A stretch of DNA of 64,000 nucleotides from a virus. The notes under the pieces were generated by a model. The model had not been told where the DNA came from, did no database searches, and worked only from the letters and a program-made list of their open reading frames with translations. Positions 28,213 to 36,331 of this stretch are shown here, piece after piece; the stretch's first letter is position 1; the number at the start of each line of letters is the position of its first letter. The stretch spans positions 88,929 through 152,928 of IMG/VR virus record IMGVR_UViG_3300005663_001084; one strand, given 5' to 3'. A program made the translations under genes and the position numbers.

Positions 28213-28509
28213 CTATTCTTCTGGCTGGGGTTCTTCGATGGGGCAGACGAACCGCTTGCTGTGCGCGTCTTTCAGGACCTTACGGCACTCCTGGCAGCAG
28301 GCGATCCAGTAGCCGTTCTTTGGGTCGGCCTTCCAGGTCACGTTCTTGGTGGTAAACTCGCCATATTTGTTGCGGATCAACCCGGATCTGTGGGCCTTGC
28401 ACAGATAGACTCCATTCAGAAACTTGCCGTTGTACGTGACCCCGCTAGATTTGACCGACAGGGCTGGTCCGCAAAACGCTTGCGCTTTATGGACCTCACA
28501 CTCATCCAT
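28213..28509 (-). CDS. Cys-rich hypothetical protein
   Basis: 98 aa ORF with 8 Cys. Confidence 0.4.
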   Translation of the reverse strand: MDECEVHKAQAFCGPALSVKSSGVTYNGKFLNGVYLCKAHRSGLIRNKYGEFTTKNVTWKADPKNGYWIACCQECRKVLKDAHSKRFVCPIEEPQPEE

Positions 28510-28515
28510 GGCAAC

Positions 28516-28872
28516 TTATCCCTCCGGGTAGAACACCGAGTATGGGTAGGCTCCCGGCCCGCCTGCACCGTACGTGTAGACGCCCACAAAGTCGAACTTA
28601 AACTTGAACGTGGCCTGCTCTGGATGCTGGTCCGGCAGGAGCGCGATGACCGCGCCCGCGTCGACCCGGAACGGCTGCACAAGTGGGACCGTCAGGGTCG
28701 GATGTTTGCGTGGAAATGGCGTCGTTGTGGGGTTGTGGAGATGGTCCACAGTGAACGCATATCGGCCCTCTCCGAGCGGGGTTAGCGTCCCATCCGCCAC
28801 GAGTGCGTTCAAATCCGCTATTTCGTGGATCAGGAGGTCGTCGGACTGGAACTGGGCAGTGTCGTCAGCCAT
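28516..28872 (-). CDS. hypothetical protein
   Basis: 118 aa ORF. Confidence 0.4.
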   Translation of the reverse strand: MADDTAQFQSDDLLIHEIADLNALVADGTLTPLGEGRYAFTVDHLHNPTTTPFPRKHPTLTVPLVQPFRVDAGAVIALLPDQHPEQATFKFKFDFVGVYTYGAGGPGAYPYSVFYPEG

Positions 28873-29027
28873 GCGCTAAGTCCTTACAGAGCAAGGTGGT
28901 ACCTGTGGATCAGTGCCAAACAGGATACACCGATAGCCCTCGGGATGCAAGTAGGTGGATGCACCACGCTTTTTGCCTAGTAAAAACATAGTATGCAACA
29001 CTGGTATTCGCTTAGTATTGAAGTGCT

Positions 29028-29324
29028 TTAATCCGACCTGCCGTCCTCTTCATCGTACAGGCGGCCAACCGACAAATCCAACCGCTGGTACTCTGGAGGC
29101 TCTTCCTGAACCTGGAGCCAGATGCCCTCTTCCTCGGCCATAGCCTGCTCATACACACGCTCAGTCATAGGCCAGTACCTGGAGAACTTGCTGACACTGA
29201 CGACCACACCGACACGCGCCAGGAGCGCTCGGGCACGTTGCTGGCTGTTGGCGGCCACCAGGGTCCGGACTGGGTTCCCGTCGGTGGTCAGGTGGCTCTG
29301 GCCAGCAAACATTTTCAGTGGCAT
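29028..29324 (-). CDS. hypothetical protein
   Basis: Start set at MPLKMFAGQ, coupled via TGATG to the small ORF upstream. Confidence 0.35.
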   Translation of the reverse strand: MPLKMFAGQSHLTTDGNPVRTLVAANSQQRARALLARVGVVVSVSKFSRYWPMTERVYEQAMAEEEGIWLQVQEEPPEYQRLDLSVGRLYDEEDGRSD

Positions 29325-29467
29325 CAGCGCTTCTCTTTGGGTGGATTCCAGATCATCGCGCGGTTGCATTTCTGGCAAACTGCGCTGTTTTTCTCGCTAT
29401 CCATGATGTGTTTCGTGGTCCGGTGGCAGCCACGGCAGTAGTGATTCTCCAGCAGTGGCTTTCTCAT
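29324..29467 (-). CDS. 47-aa zinc-ribbon protein
   Basis: MRKPLLENHYCRGCHRTTKHIMDSEKNSAVCQKCNRAMIWNPPKEKR; not in the track because it is under 60 aa. Confidence 0.35.
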   Translation of the reverse strand: MRKPLLENHYCRGCHRTTKHIMDSEKNSAVCQKCNRAMIWNPPKEKR

Positions 29468-29506
29468 AACCTCAGGATAGCACATGGTGATCCAATTTCA
29501 AAATGA

Positions 29507-29563
29507 GCCCGCACACAGGCTGGATAGGACACGGCGCAGGAGTGCCGCTACCTGTGTGCGGGC
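29507..29563 (-). other. 13-bp perfect inverted repeat (GCCCGCACACAGG / CCTGTGTGCGGGC) with 31-nt spacer in a 5' leader
   Basis: Lies between a promoter copy (29595) and the zinc-ribbon mini-ORF; a second small hairpin CCCCGTTTTGGCGGGG sits at 29569..29586. Confidence 0.4.
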
Positions 29564-29594
29564 AGTTTCCCCCCGTTTTGGCGGGGTTCAGTTA

Positions 29595-29626
29595 CCTATA
29601 TTATCGGATTCTGAGGGCTATTTGGT
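29595..29626 (-). promoter_or_regulatory. conserved promoter-like element
   Basis: CCTATATTATCGGATTCTGAGGGCTATTTGG. Confidence 0.55.
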
Positions 29627-29651
29627 CGGAACTTTTGGGACTTTTGTGGCT

Positions 29652-29936
29652 TTAGTCTCGCGATACCACGCTCCGTACAGTATACCAGCCCCGGCGCTCC
29701 TCCATACGACCAGTCTCAGGGTTCTTCCAAATCTCGTACCAGATAAAGTTCCCAGACCCCTCGACCATCCAGCGTTCCTTCCCGGCGATGATCCCGAGCG
29801 ACTGACCTGAGAACTTGGGAGCGTTCGGCAGCCCATTGTCTGGAGGGCTGGGCAGGCCCATCTTGTGCCACTTCAAGCAGCATTTCTTATACTTCTGCCC
29901 ACTCCCGCAGGAGCAAGAGTCATTCCGCGTCGACAT
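29652..29936 (-). CDS. SEC-C motif protein
   Basis: CSCGSGQKYKKCC. Confidence 0.65.
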   Translation of the reverse strand: MSTRNDSCSCGSGQKYKKCCLKWHKMGLPSPPDNGLPNAPKFSGQSLGIIAGKERWMVEGSGNFIWYEIWKNPETGRMEERRGWYTVRSVVSRD

Positions 29937-29951
29937 CGCAGATCACCCGGT

Positions 29952-30224
29952 TCATTCCGAGTCCTCAATGAACTGGCGGATCTGGTCACTGTTTACCATG
30001 TGGTACTCGTACTGCCCATCGATCAGGCACAGAATGATCCCATCTGTCAGGGCCATCAACTTGGTGCCGCCCTCGAAGACGTAGCCGGGGGCCTCGTCGG
30101 TCTCCCCGAGATCCCACAAGTGGGCGAGGACCGACTGGTGATCGTGCCAGGACTCGCGCTCATGGACATCGATCAGGAACTTGTCAACGTCAGTGTGGGT
30201 ATGCTCGCCTGGGACGTAAGCCAT
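29952..30224 (-). CDS. hypothetical protein
   Basis: 90 aa ORF. Confidence 0.4.
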   Translation of the reverse strand: MAYVPGEHTHTDVDKFLIDVHERESWHDHQSVLAHLWDLGETDEAPGYVFEGGTKLMALTDGIILCLIDGQYEYHMVNSDQIRQFIEDSE

Positions 30225-30469
30225 CAGTCAGATCCTTCGCACCGGCACGAACCGCGCTGCTTGAGGAACGCGTGGACGCGATCCAGGTAGGTGCTGAATG
30301 CTTCGAGATTCTCCAGGGTCTGCTCCACCGCCAGATGCTTCGCGATGTACTCGCCGTGCATGTTCGTGGAGCACGCCAGCGTCAGCAAGGCCTTGGCCTC
30401 CTCTTCGTCGGCGACCGAGTATACCGGCAGGAAACCGTCTTCGCACTTCGGACCGAAGCGCACGACCAC
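30224..30469 (-). CDS. hypothetical protein
   Basis: 81 aa ORF; stop-start overlap. Confidence 0.4.
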   Translation of the reverse strand: MVVRFGPKCEDGFLPVYSVADEEEAKALLTLACSTNMHGEYIAKHLAVEQTLENLEAFSTYLDRVHAFLKQRGSCRCEGSD

Positions 30470-30472
30470 CGC

Positions 30473-30577
30473 TCAGTAGATCTTGATGGGGCCGTCGCCC
30501 GTGCGCTCGAACATGGACGACCCCTTGAAATCGGCCTCGTCGATGTCGGGAAAGGCCACGGCTTCCTGTTTAAGCAT
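30473..30577 (-). CDS. possible 34-aa coupled mini-ORF
   Basis: ATG overlaps the upstream TAA (GATGCTTAA) with GGAGGAG 6 nt before. Confidence 0.2.
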   Translation of the reverse strand: MLKQEAVAFPDIDEADFKGSSMFERTGDGPIKIY

Positions 30578-30887
30578 CGGGGTTCTCCTCCAGTGACTTG
30601 ACGTACTCTTGCAACTTCCGAGCGTCGCGGCTGACCGTGTCATCCTTGTTGACGCCGTCGCCCTCCACATTTGAATCTCGGTGCGTACACTTATGATTGG
30701 CGTCGTGCATACTGTCCATGAGCCTCTCGAAGTGCATCGCCAGTACCTCGTCCTTGATGTGCGGACGGATGCGGTCGTACCAGACTGCGGCCTGTGTGTC
30801 GTAGGCGAAGCTCACTTCTTCCTCCGGGGCGGCTGGACAGAGGTCTTCTCGTCCAGGTTGCCGCTGTACACCGAGTGAGGCTCCCAA
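30570..30887 (-). CDS. hypothetical protein (start uncertain)
   Basis: 105 aa track ORF; its N-terminus overlaps 30812..31036. Confidence 0.35.
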   Translation of the reverse strand: MGASLGVQRQPGREDLCPAAPEEEVSFAYDTQAAVWYDRIRPHIKDEVLAMHFERLMDSMHDANHKCTHRDSNVEGDGVNKDDTVSRDARKLQEYVKSLEENPDA

Positions 30888-31036
30888 CCGTCACAGTAGT
30901 CCGTCTCGTAGGCCACGCAGTCACCGGGGGCGACGTCCGGATGCTGGCACTTCTGGGTGCCGTGCCCGGACCAGTGGGAGCACGTCCCGCATCGTTTCTC
31001 GTCGCCCATGTCCGCCATCCGATCTCTCTTGGCCAT
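30812..31036 (-). CDS. Cys-rich zinc-finger-like small protein
   Basis: CGTCSHW...CQHP...CVAYETDYCDGW; an operator-like palindrome overlaps its SD. Confidence 0.45.
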   Translation of the reverse strand: MAKRDRMADMGDEKRCGTCSHWSGHGTQKCQHPDVAPGDCVAYETDYCDGWEPHSVYSGNLDEKTSVQPPRRKK

Positions 31037-31047
31037 GACTGTCTCCT

Positions 31048-31071
31048 AATTCACCCTGTCCAGGGTGAATT
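31048..31071 (-). promoter_or_regulatory. operator-like inverted repeat (11-bp arms AATTCACCCTG / CAGGGTGAATT, 2-nt spacer) abutting the SD of 30812..31036
   Basis: Perfect arms read directly; 12 nt from the ATG. Confidence 0.4.
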
Positions 31072-31495
31072 AATCCAAATGCTTGTTGATGAATCCTTCA
31101 CCTTGCCGGTCGTAGAGTAGGCCCTCGAATGTCGGGCTGAGGGCCGAGAGGATGTGCCGGATCTCGCCCCAGTCGCCCACGTCCTGGGACTCCAGGAACT
31201 TAGCGAACCCGGTCGGGCCTTCGCCCATGTAGCCAATGGAGAAGCCGGTAGCAAGGAAGGCCACCGAACAGTCCCACTCCACCAGGACTCCCTGATTGGG
31301 GCCGATATGGACCCGGTCGCAGGGACCCACGTGCTCGACCAGGACCTGGAGGTTCTCTGCGGACACGCAGGTAACGCCGCCCTCCTCCTGGAACTTCAGT
31401 CGCACCGCCCAGGGCTGGTACCACTCCACGCCTTTGGACCACGCCTTGCGCATCCACTCGCCGTGCATCTCGACTACGGGGGCTGTCTCAGGCAT
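31070..31495 (-). CDS. hypothetical protein
   Basis: 141 aa ORF. Confidence 0.45.
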   Translation of the reverse strand: MPETAPVVEMHGEWMRKAWSKGVEWYQPWAVRLKFQEEGGVTCVSAENLQVLVEHVGPCDRVHIGPNQGVLVEWDCSVAFLATGFSIGYMGEGPTGFAKFLESQDVGDWGEIRHILSALSPTFEGLLYDRQGEGFINKHLD

Positions 31496-33032
31496 CGTCT
31501 TCCTCCACGTGCTCGATGGTTTCGAGTACCGTGCAACGGTTGATGACCGTCTGCTTGATGTCCTTGTAGGCGTTGTGCTTCGTCACGGTGCCCTTCAGCT
31601 TGTAGGTGTTGCCTCGGAGCAGGCCGTAGTAGATGTCGTTCGGGTGCATGGTGTCGCGCGGCACCTGCTTGCCGGTCTTCCGGTCGACCTGCGGCTCGTT
31701 GCTGCAAAACCACGTGAACTCGTTGCCGTCCTTGTCCACCAAGCCGTAGATGGTCGTTTCGCCCCAGTCGGACTGCACGCAGTGGACGCGCACGACCTTG
31801 AGTTCCAGTTCGTAGCGCTTCTTGATCTCGCCGAAGTACCCGCTGGTCTGTGACCGCTCGGCCTGGGACTTCTCACGCTCGCGACGCTGGATCTCGTGCT
31901 CCAGGTGCTTCTGGTGGGCGACGAGGATCGAGGCGGCATAGCCAATCTGCTTGTACCGGCACCAGCGCACCATCCCGATAACGCGGACGTTGTGCATGTA
32001 GTCGTTCTTGACCTCGTCGTCGGTCAGTTCAGCGGCCCACTTCGCAGCGGCCTCGGCCTGCTCCTGGTCCTGCTCGGTGGACTTCAGCGGAGGCTTGCCG
32101 TGACCGTTCCAGAACAGACCCTCGACCGCCAAGTCCGCCGTGGCCGACGTGTAGTCTCCGCGATCCTTCGCGGCCGTACGCGACAGCCAGCCGTCCTTGC
32201 GCATCGAAGCTGAGGTGTACGTCAGCAGAGCCACGAGGCTGATGAGAGATTCGTAGCCCGACAGATCCCGCAGGTCCATGTCCGGGTCCAGGTTGCCCCA
32301 GACCGCGTTGAACGTGGAGTAGAAGGAGCACAGGTCGCCGACGGCGTGCGGGTCGCGCCCGCCCAGGAAGTCCGCGACGCACTGGCGGCCGACCTGTTTG
32401 GTCTCGCCGGTCTCGTCATTGCGCACGACGAAGGTTTCTTTGCGGCGGCGCTTCGTCCGGCAGTGGTCACAGTAGTTGTCGGCCTTGCGGTACTTCTCAG
32501 GGAGATCCTGGCCCGGCACCACCTTCACGATGGTGTGCTCGCCCAAGTACTCCAGGGTCGCGAGGAAGGTCCAGCCGGAGTAGGTCGGGGCTTCGCCTTC
32601 GATGACGACCCTGTGGAACGAGTGCTTGATCTCGACCAGTTCGCCGTAAGCGTTCTTGTGGCTGTCGACCACGCGGTTCTCGACCTCGCCCGTGTCGGTC
32701 ATCTGAACGCTGGCGGTGCCGAGCTTCTTCGACTTGTTGGCCAGACGCTTGAGTTTCGTCGCCAGCTTGGCCAGCTTCGACGCGGGCACCCAGTGCTCGC
32801 TCCGGTAGCACTTGTACGAGACGATCTCGATGCTCTCGGGGAGCTTGTCGTTGGGGCTCAGGATGGAGATCAGGTTACAGTGCGCGGTGTTGTAGTAGTA
32901 CTCGGGGACCTCGATGCGGACTGGCGCGTTGTCGTTCTCGTACCGGTACAGGCGGGCCGCCCTGGCAGCCTCGAAGGCCTGCTCGACGGAGATTACCTGG
33001 AAGACTTTTGGTTCGGTGTCGATAGTAGGCAT
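31488..33032 (-). CDS. large hypothetical protein
   Basis: 514 aa; SD AAGGAA; promoter copy plus AT-rich UP-like region upstream. Confidence 0.5.
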   Translation of the reverse strand: MPTIDTEPKVFQVISVEQAFEAARAARLYRYENDNAPVRIEVPEYYYNTAHCNLISILSPNDKLPESIEIVSYKCYRSEHWVPASKLAKLATKLKRLANKSKKLGTASVQMTDTGEVENRVVDSHKNAYGELVEIKHSFHRVVIEGEAPTYSGWTFLATLEYLGEHTIVKVVPGQDLPEKYRKADNYCDHCRTKRRRKETFVVRNDETGETKQVGRQCVADFLGGRDPHAVGDLCSFYSTFNAVWGNLDPDMDLRDLSGYESLISLVALLTYTSASMRKDGWLSRTAAKDRGDYTSATADLAVEGLFWNGHGKPPLKSTEQDQEQAEAAAKWAAELTDDEVKNDYMHNVRVIGMVRWCRYKQIGYAASILVAHQKHLEHEIQRREREKSQAERSQTSGYFGEIKKRYELELKVVRVHCVQSDWGETTIYGLVDKDGNEFTWFCSNEPQVDRKTGKQVPRDTMHPNDIYYGLLRGNTYKLKGTVTKHNAYKDIKQTVINRCTVLETIEHVEEDDA

Positions 33033-33053
33033 CGTCGTTCCTTCTGTCCCGCA

Positions 33054-33130
33054 CTTATACTATCGGGAAGCGGGAGGAATTGCAAGAGATCTTTATGTGA
33101 TTTTCATATATTTTTTATTGGTTTTGTCTT
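33054..33130 (-). promoter_or_regulatory. promoter-like element with AT-rich extension (class B)
   Basis: TACTATCGGGAAGCGGGAGGAATTGCAAGAGATCTTTATGTGATTTTCATATATTTTTTATTGG; related to the 22171 copy. Confidence 0.5.
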
Positions 33131-33603
33131 TGTTGGTTTAGCCCCTCCCGGACGGTCTCCTCGATCATATCCCGCGAAGCGTCTGGGAACCGCTCTGCCA
33201 CGACGTTGACCAGCCGCTCGACTCGACTCTCTGATTCCTGCTGCTGGCGGGTCTGCCTGTCCTCAAGCATCTCGAAGACGTCGGTCTCCCCGGTGTAGTT
33301 TCGGCTCAGGAAGAGCACCGCGAACCCGAAGGCACACCAGGGGTAATCAGACACGGCCACCCAGCAGATCAAAATCATCCCGACGATCTGCTTAGAGACG
33401 AACAGGAAGTAGCCGAGGGTGCGCGGGTGGCCATGCCAGAAGTAATGCCAGCGGATGACCCACCAAAGACCCCAGGGCCGTCGTTTTTGGACCTTACCGA
33501 ACGCGTACCGGCTATCAAGAAGCTTCAAGACCTCCCCGACACCCATCCGGAACCGATGGCAAAGGACGCGTGTGTCCTTCACAGAGAGCCACAGACCGTC
33601 CAC
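33115..33603 (-). CDS. hypothetical membrane protein (2 predicted transmembrane segments); start uncertain
   Basis: WGLWWVIRWHYFW...LFVSKQIVGMILICWVAVS hydrophobic segments. Confidence 0.35.
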   Translation of the reverse strand: MDGLWLSVKDTRVLCHRFRMGVGEVLKLLDSRYAFGKVQKRRPWGLWWVIRWHYFWHGHPRTLGYFLFVSKQIVGMILICWVAVSDYPWCAFGFAVLFLSRNYTGETDVFEMLEDRQTRQQQESESRVERLVNVVAERFPDASRDMIEETVREGLNQQRQNQ

Positions 33604-33778
33604 CCTCTCCCCAGATGCCCATGTCGGGCTTCAAACGCCACTGTGAGCTTCCCAGGCGGTCGTAAAGGACGTTCAGGCGCTTGGCCGACTCCAGTTCATC
33701 ACTGATCGCGGACCGGGTGGCCTGCACCTGGATGTCGTAGGCCCTCCGGGCCGCTGTGATCTCGTCGTCAAGGCCCAT
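33515..33778 (-). CDS. hypothetical protein (only the N-terminal half looks protein-like)
   Basis: Overlaps 33115..33603 out of frame. Confidence 0.3.
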   Translation of the reverse strand: MGLDDEITAARRAYDIQVQATRSAISDELESAKRLNVLYDRLGSSQWRLKPDMGIWGEGGRSVALCEGHTRPLPSVPDGCRGGLEAS

Positions 33779-34056
33779 CAGCCCCCCAGACGCTGCTCTG
33801 AGATGTTCGGACCGCTCAGCGATCTCGATTCCTGCTGCCGTTCGCTCAAAACCATGAGCATGTAGGCCAACTCAGCCGCTTTCTCGCTGAATCCGGGCTC
33901 CCCACGGGTCATTTTAGTGATTAGCTGGTCCATGCCCTCGACCAACTGGTCGCCGAGGCGCAAAAACGGCACCCGGTGGAGGTATCCGTCCTTCGGGGCG
34001 GATACCTGACCCATCGACTCGCCAAAAGCCCGGATTCGGTCTGCAATGTCAGCCAT
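33778..34056 (-). CDS. hypothetical protein
   Basis: Start set at MADIADRIRAF; the N-terminal extension in the track is Arg/Ser-rich wrong-frame-like sequence. Confidence 0.4.
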   Translation of the reverse strand: MADIADRIRAFGESMGQVSAPKDGYLHRVPFLRLGDQLVEGMDQLITKMTRGEPGFSEKAAELAYMLMVLSERQQESRSLSGPNISEQRLGG

Positions 34057-34453
34057 TCTTCTGTCTCCAATCGCCTCCGGTCGGATAATCACGGTCCAGG
34101 TAAGCCATGGCGTTCGCCGCGCTCTTCCAGTTCCGTTTCCGGCCGAGACTGTCCTTGATCTCACCCATATCTGGGAAATCGGCATACCAGACCCCGCCAG
34201 CAAGACAGAAGACCCGCATCCCGTCGACCCTGGTGTGCGGAGGCACATCGAACCCGTACATCTGGGTGTCTTCCGTCCATTCAAACTTGGCGTGGACAAG
34301 ATCCGGCCTGATGTACGTCTCCGGACGCCGCTTCAACTCCGCGATGGCCTGACCGAGGCTTCCCAACTGAGCGATGACCGCTTCCTTGGTGCCGTTGCCG
34401 GTGACCAAGTCCTTGAGACGCTCGTAGATCTCTTCCAGTCGGTCAACTTGCAT
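34049..34453 (-). CDS. hypothetical protein
   Basis: Start set at MQVDRLEEIYERL. Confidence 0.4.
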   Translation of the reverse strand: MQVDRLEEIYERLKDLVTGNGTKEAVIAQLGSLGQAIAELKRRPETYIRPDLVHAKFEWTEDTQMYGFDVPPHTRVDGMRVFCLAGGVWYADFPDMGEIKDSLGRKRNWKSAANAMAYLDRDYPTGGDWRQKNG

Positions 34454-35111
34454 CAGGTACCGGCAGCAACTTCTGCACCGCCTTCCGCAGTGTCTCCTGG
34501 ATCTTCTCCGGCGACATAAAATCACTGATGTACTTGCGCAACGCATCGATCTGCTCACAGATCGCGTCCAACGCGACGGTGTTCTCTTCAGTTACAGGTA
34601 CGAGGGCGGTCATCTCATCCTCGTCCATGCCCGTCTTGGGCTGACCTTCCTCGACAGTGAAGCCGCGATTGTGCTGATAACGCCACATCCACTTTCCGTC
34701 TTCCTGGGCCATCTCGATAGTCTCGTACTCGATGCTCATGCCCGTGCCCGTCTCATCGAAGTAGAACGGGCTGGTCAGCTTGACTCTGTAGTACGGCTGC
34801 CAGTCCAGTTCGTAGATGTTGCCCAGCATGCTGAACACAGTCTTGCGAACGATCTCAACGTCGGTACCGACCACTTCTATCTTCCTGGGCTCACTCAGAA
34901 ACACGCCGATCTGGACCTTGTCTGTGACCCGGTGCCGCCTCCTGCCCATACGCCCGCCAACCTTCTTGTTGCCGTCCAGGAACGGACCGTCAGCGGTATC
35001 CATACTCATCCGCACGGGGATCTCGACGACCTTGCCGGACTTGCTGACCCACTTCCAGGTGGCGATCAGCTTGCCGTTGCGTGGGTCTTGTCTGCGTGTG
35101 GCCTTGGACAC
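34443..35111 (-). CDS. hypothetical protein
   Basis: 222 aa; promoter copy upstream. Confidence 0.45.
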   Translation of the reverse strand: MSKATRRQDPRNGKLIATWKWVSKSGKVVEIPVRMSMDTADGPFLDGNKKVGGRMGRRRHRVTDKVQIGVFLSEPRKIEVVGTDVEIVRKTVFSMLGNIYELDWQPYYRVKLTSPFYFDETGTGMSIEYETIEMAQEDGKWMWRYQHNRGFTVEEGQPKTGMDEDEMTALVPVTEENTVALDAICEQIDALRKYISDFMSPEKIQETLRKAVQKLLPVPDAS

Positions 35112-35122
35112 GGAGCACCTCC

Positions 35123-35158
35123 TATATATCTTATCGGATCGGGAGGGCTATTTCGGCA
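35123..35158 (-). promoter_or_regulatory. conserved promoter-like element
   Basis: CTATATATCTTATCGGATCGGGAGGGCTATTTCGGCAGG, upstream of 34443..35111. Confidence 0.55.
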
Positions 35159-35163
35159 GGAAA

Positions 35164-36123
35164 TTATGTGCGGCCGGTGGGGTGCATCCTGGGTTCCGGG
35201 GGATCGATACGGAATTTCTTAGCCATAAATACAGCGTCTCTGACCACTTGCTGGGCCATTTCGTGAGCCGCCTCGTTATCGTTCAGGCGGGCCTTGTCGA
35301 ACGAGAGTTCCTCATTCGGGTGGCTGAGATTCATCGCAACCCACTGCTGCGGCATGTAGTATCCAAAGTCCCAGAAGCCACGGTAGAGGCTGTCGGCCAC
35401 CAACTGGACGTACGAGTTCCGCTCCATGATCTCGTTGTAGCCGCTGTCCTCCGTCGGCTCGTGATCGTGCTCATCCTTCGAGGAAATAAAGAAGGCCGCA
35501 ACACGCCCGTGCTGGCGCTGGTCGTAGTGGACCTCGTCGGTCTGACTGAGGGCGATACAGCGGTCCCGCCACTCCTCGTTCTTCGAGGCGAACTGCTCCG
35601 CCGTCACGAAGTAGCCGCCGTCCATGGAAATCAGCCGGTCGCAGAACGCCTTGAGCCGAGACGACATCGCACTCTGGTTGACGCCTGTGCTGAGAAGCAG
35701 AACGTCGCAGGCCAGGACCTCGGGGTACAGGTCCTGCATCGGGTCGAACGGGAAGCAGTTGCAGGGGAAACCGCACAGCGCCGAGCAGGTGCTGTAGCAG
35801 TTGTTGCAGTACTCGATCTGGTACTCGCGGAGGTTGACCTCACGGATCTCCACGTCCTCATCGTCCAGGACTGCCTCCAGGCCCTCGCGCAGCAGAAGCT
35901 GCGAGTTCGATAGCTCGTGGGCGCAGGACAACTCGACGTTCGAGCGGCTGCTACCATGGACGGCCAGGACCCGGATCGGACCCTTGCCGTGTATGTTAAG
36001 CGCCTTCTGGCAGCGGCGGATGTTCTCCGCGTGGCGCTCGCGCCCCTCTTCGAGGTCGACCACCTGCCACCACTCGTCGACATAGCGACCCTTGATGAAC
36101 TCGTCGCCGGAAATCTTAGCCAC
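35164..36123 (-). CDS. flavodoxin-like / NAD(P)H-dependent FMN reductase-like protein with compact Cys cluster (iron-sulfur flavoprotein-like)
   Basis: RVLAVHGSSRSN resembles the FMN-reductase N-terminal motif; CNNCYSTCSALCGFPCNC cluster; GTG start with GGAG SD. Confidence 0.35.
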   Translation of the reverse strand: MAKISGDEFIKGRYVDEWWQVVDLEEGRERHAENIRRCQKALNIHGKGPIRVLAVHGSSRSNVELSCAHELSNSQLLLREGLEAVLDDEDVEIREVNLREYQIEYCNNCYSTCSALCGFPCNCFPFDPMQDLYPEVLACDVLLLSTGVNQSAMSSRLKAFCDRLISMDGGYFVTAEQFASKNEEWRDRCIALSQTDEVHYDQRQHGRVAAFFISSKDEHDHEPTEDSGYNEIMERNSYVQLVADSLYRGFWDFGYYMPQQWVAMNLSHPNEELSFDKARLNDNEAAHEMAQQVVRDAVFMAKKFRIDPPEPRMHPTGRT

Positions 36124-36331
36124 GACCGCGCTCCTGCCGGTAGACCGGACTGAAGCCCAGACGGACGTATAGGTAGTCGGTCGACTCCACGTCTTCAGAG
36201 CCAACGCTGGCCCGCTCGAACGGAAGCTCCGTGCCCTGGAGGACCTGCTTGCCCTTCTCGAAGTAGGTGTCGCTGTAGTCGTATTCCCGGAAGGGGATGA
36301 CCTCGGCAGTTTCCAGTTCGGTGTTAGCCAT
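36116..36331 (-). CDS. small hypothetical protein
   Basis: Start set at MANTELETAEV; the ATG overlaps the upstream TAA. Confidence 0.3.
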   Translation of the reverse strand: MANTELETAEVIPFREYDYSDTYFEKGKQVLQGTELPFERASVGSEDVESTDYLYVRLGFSPVYRQERGRG

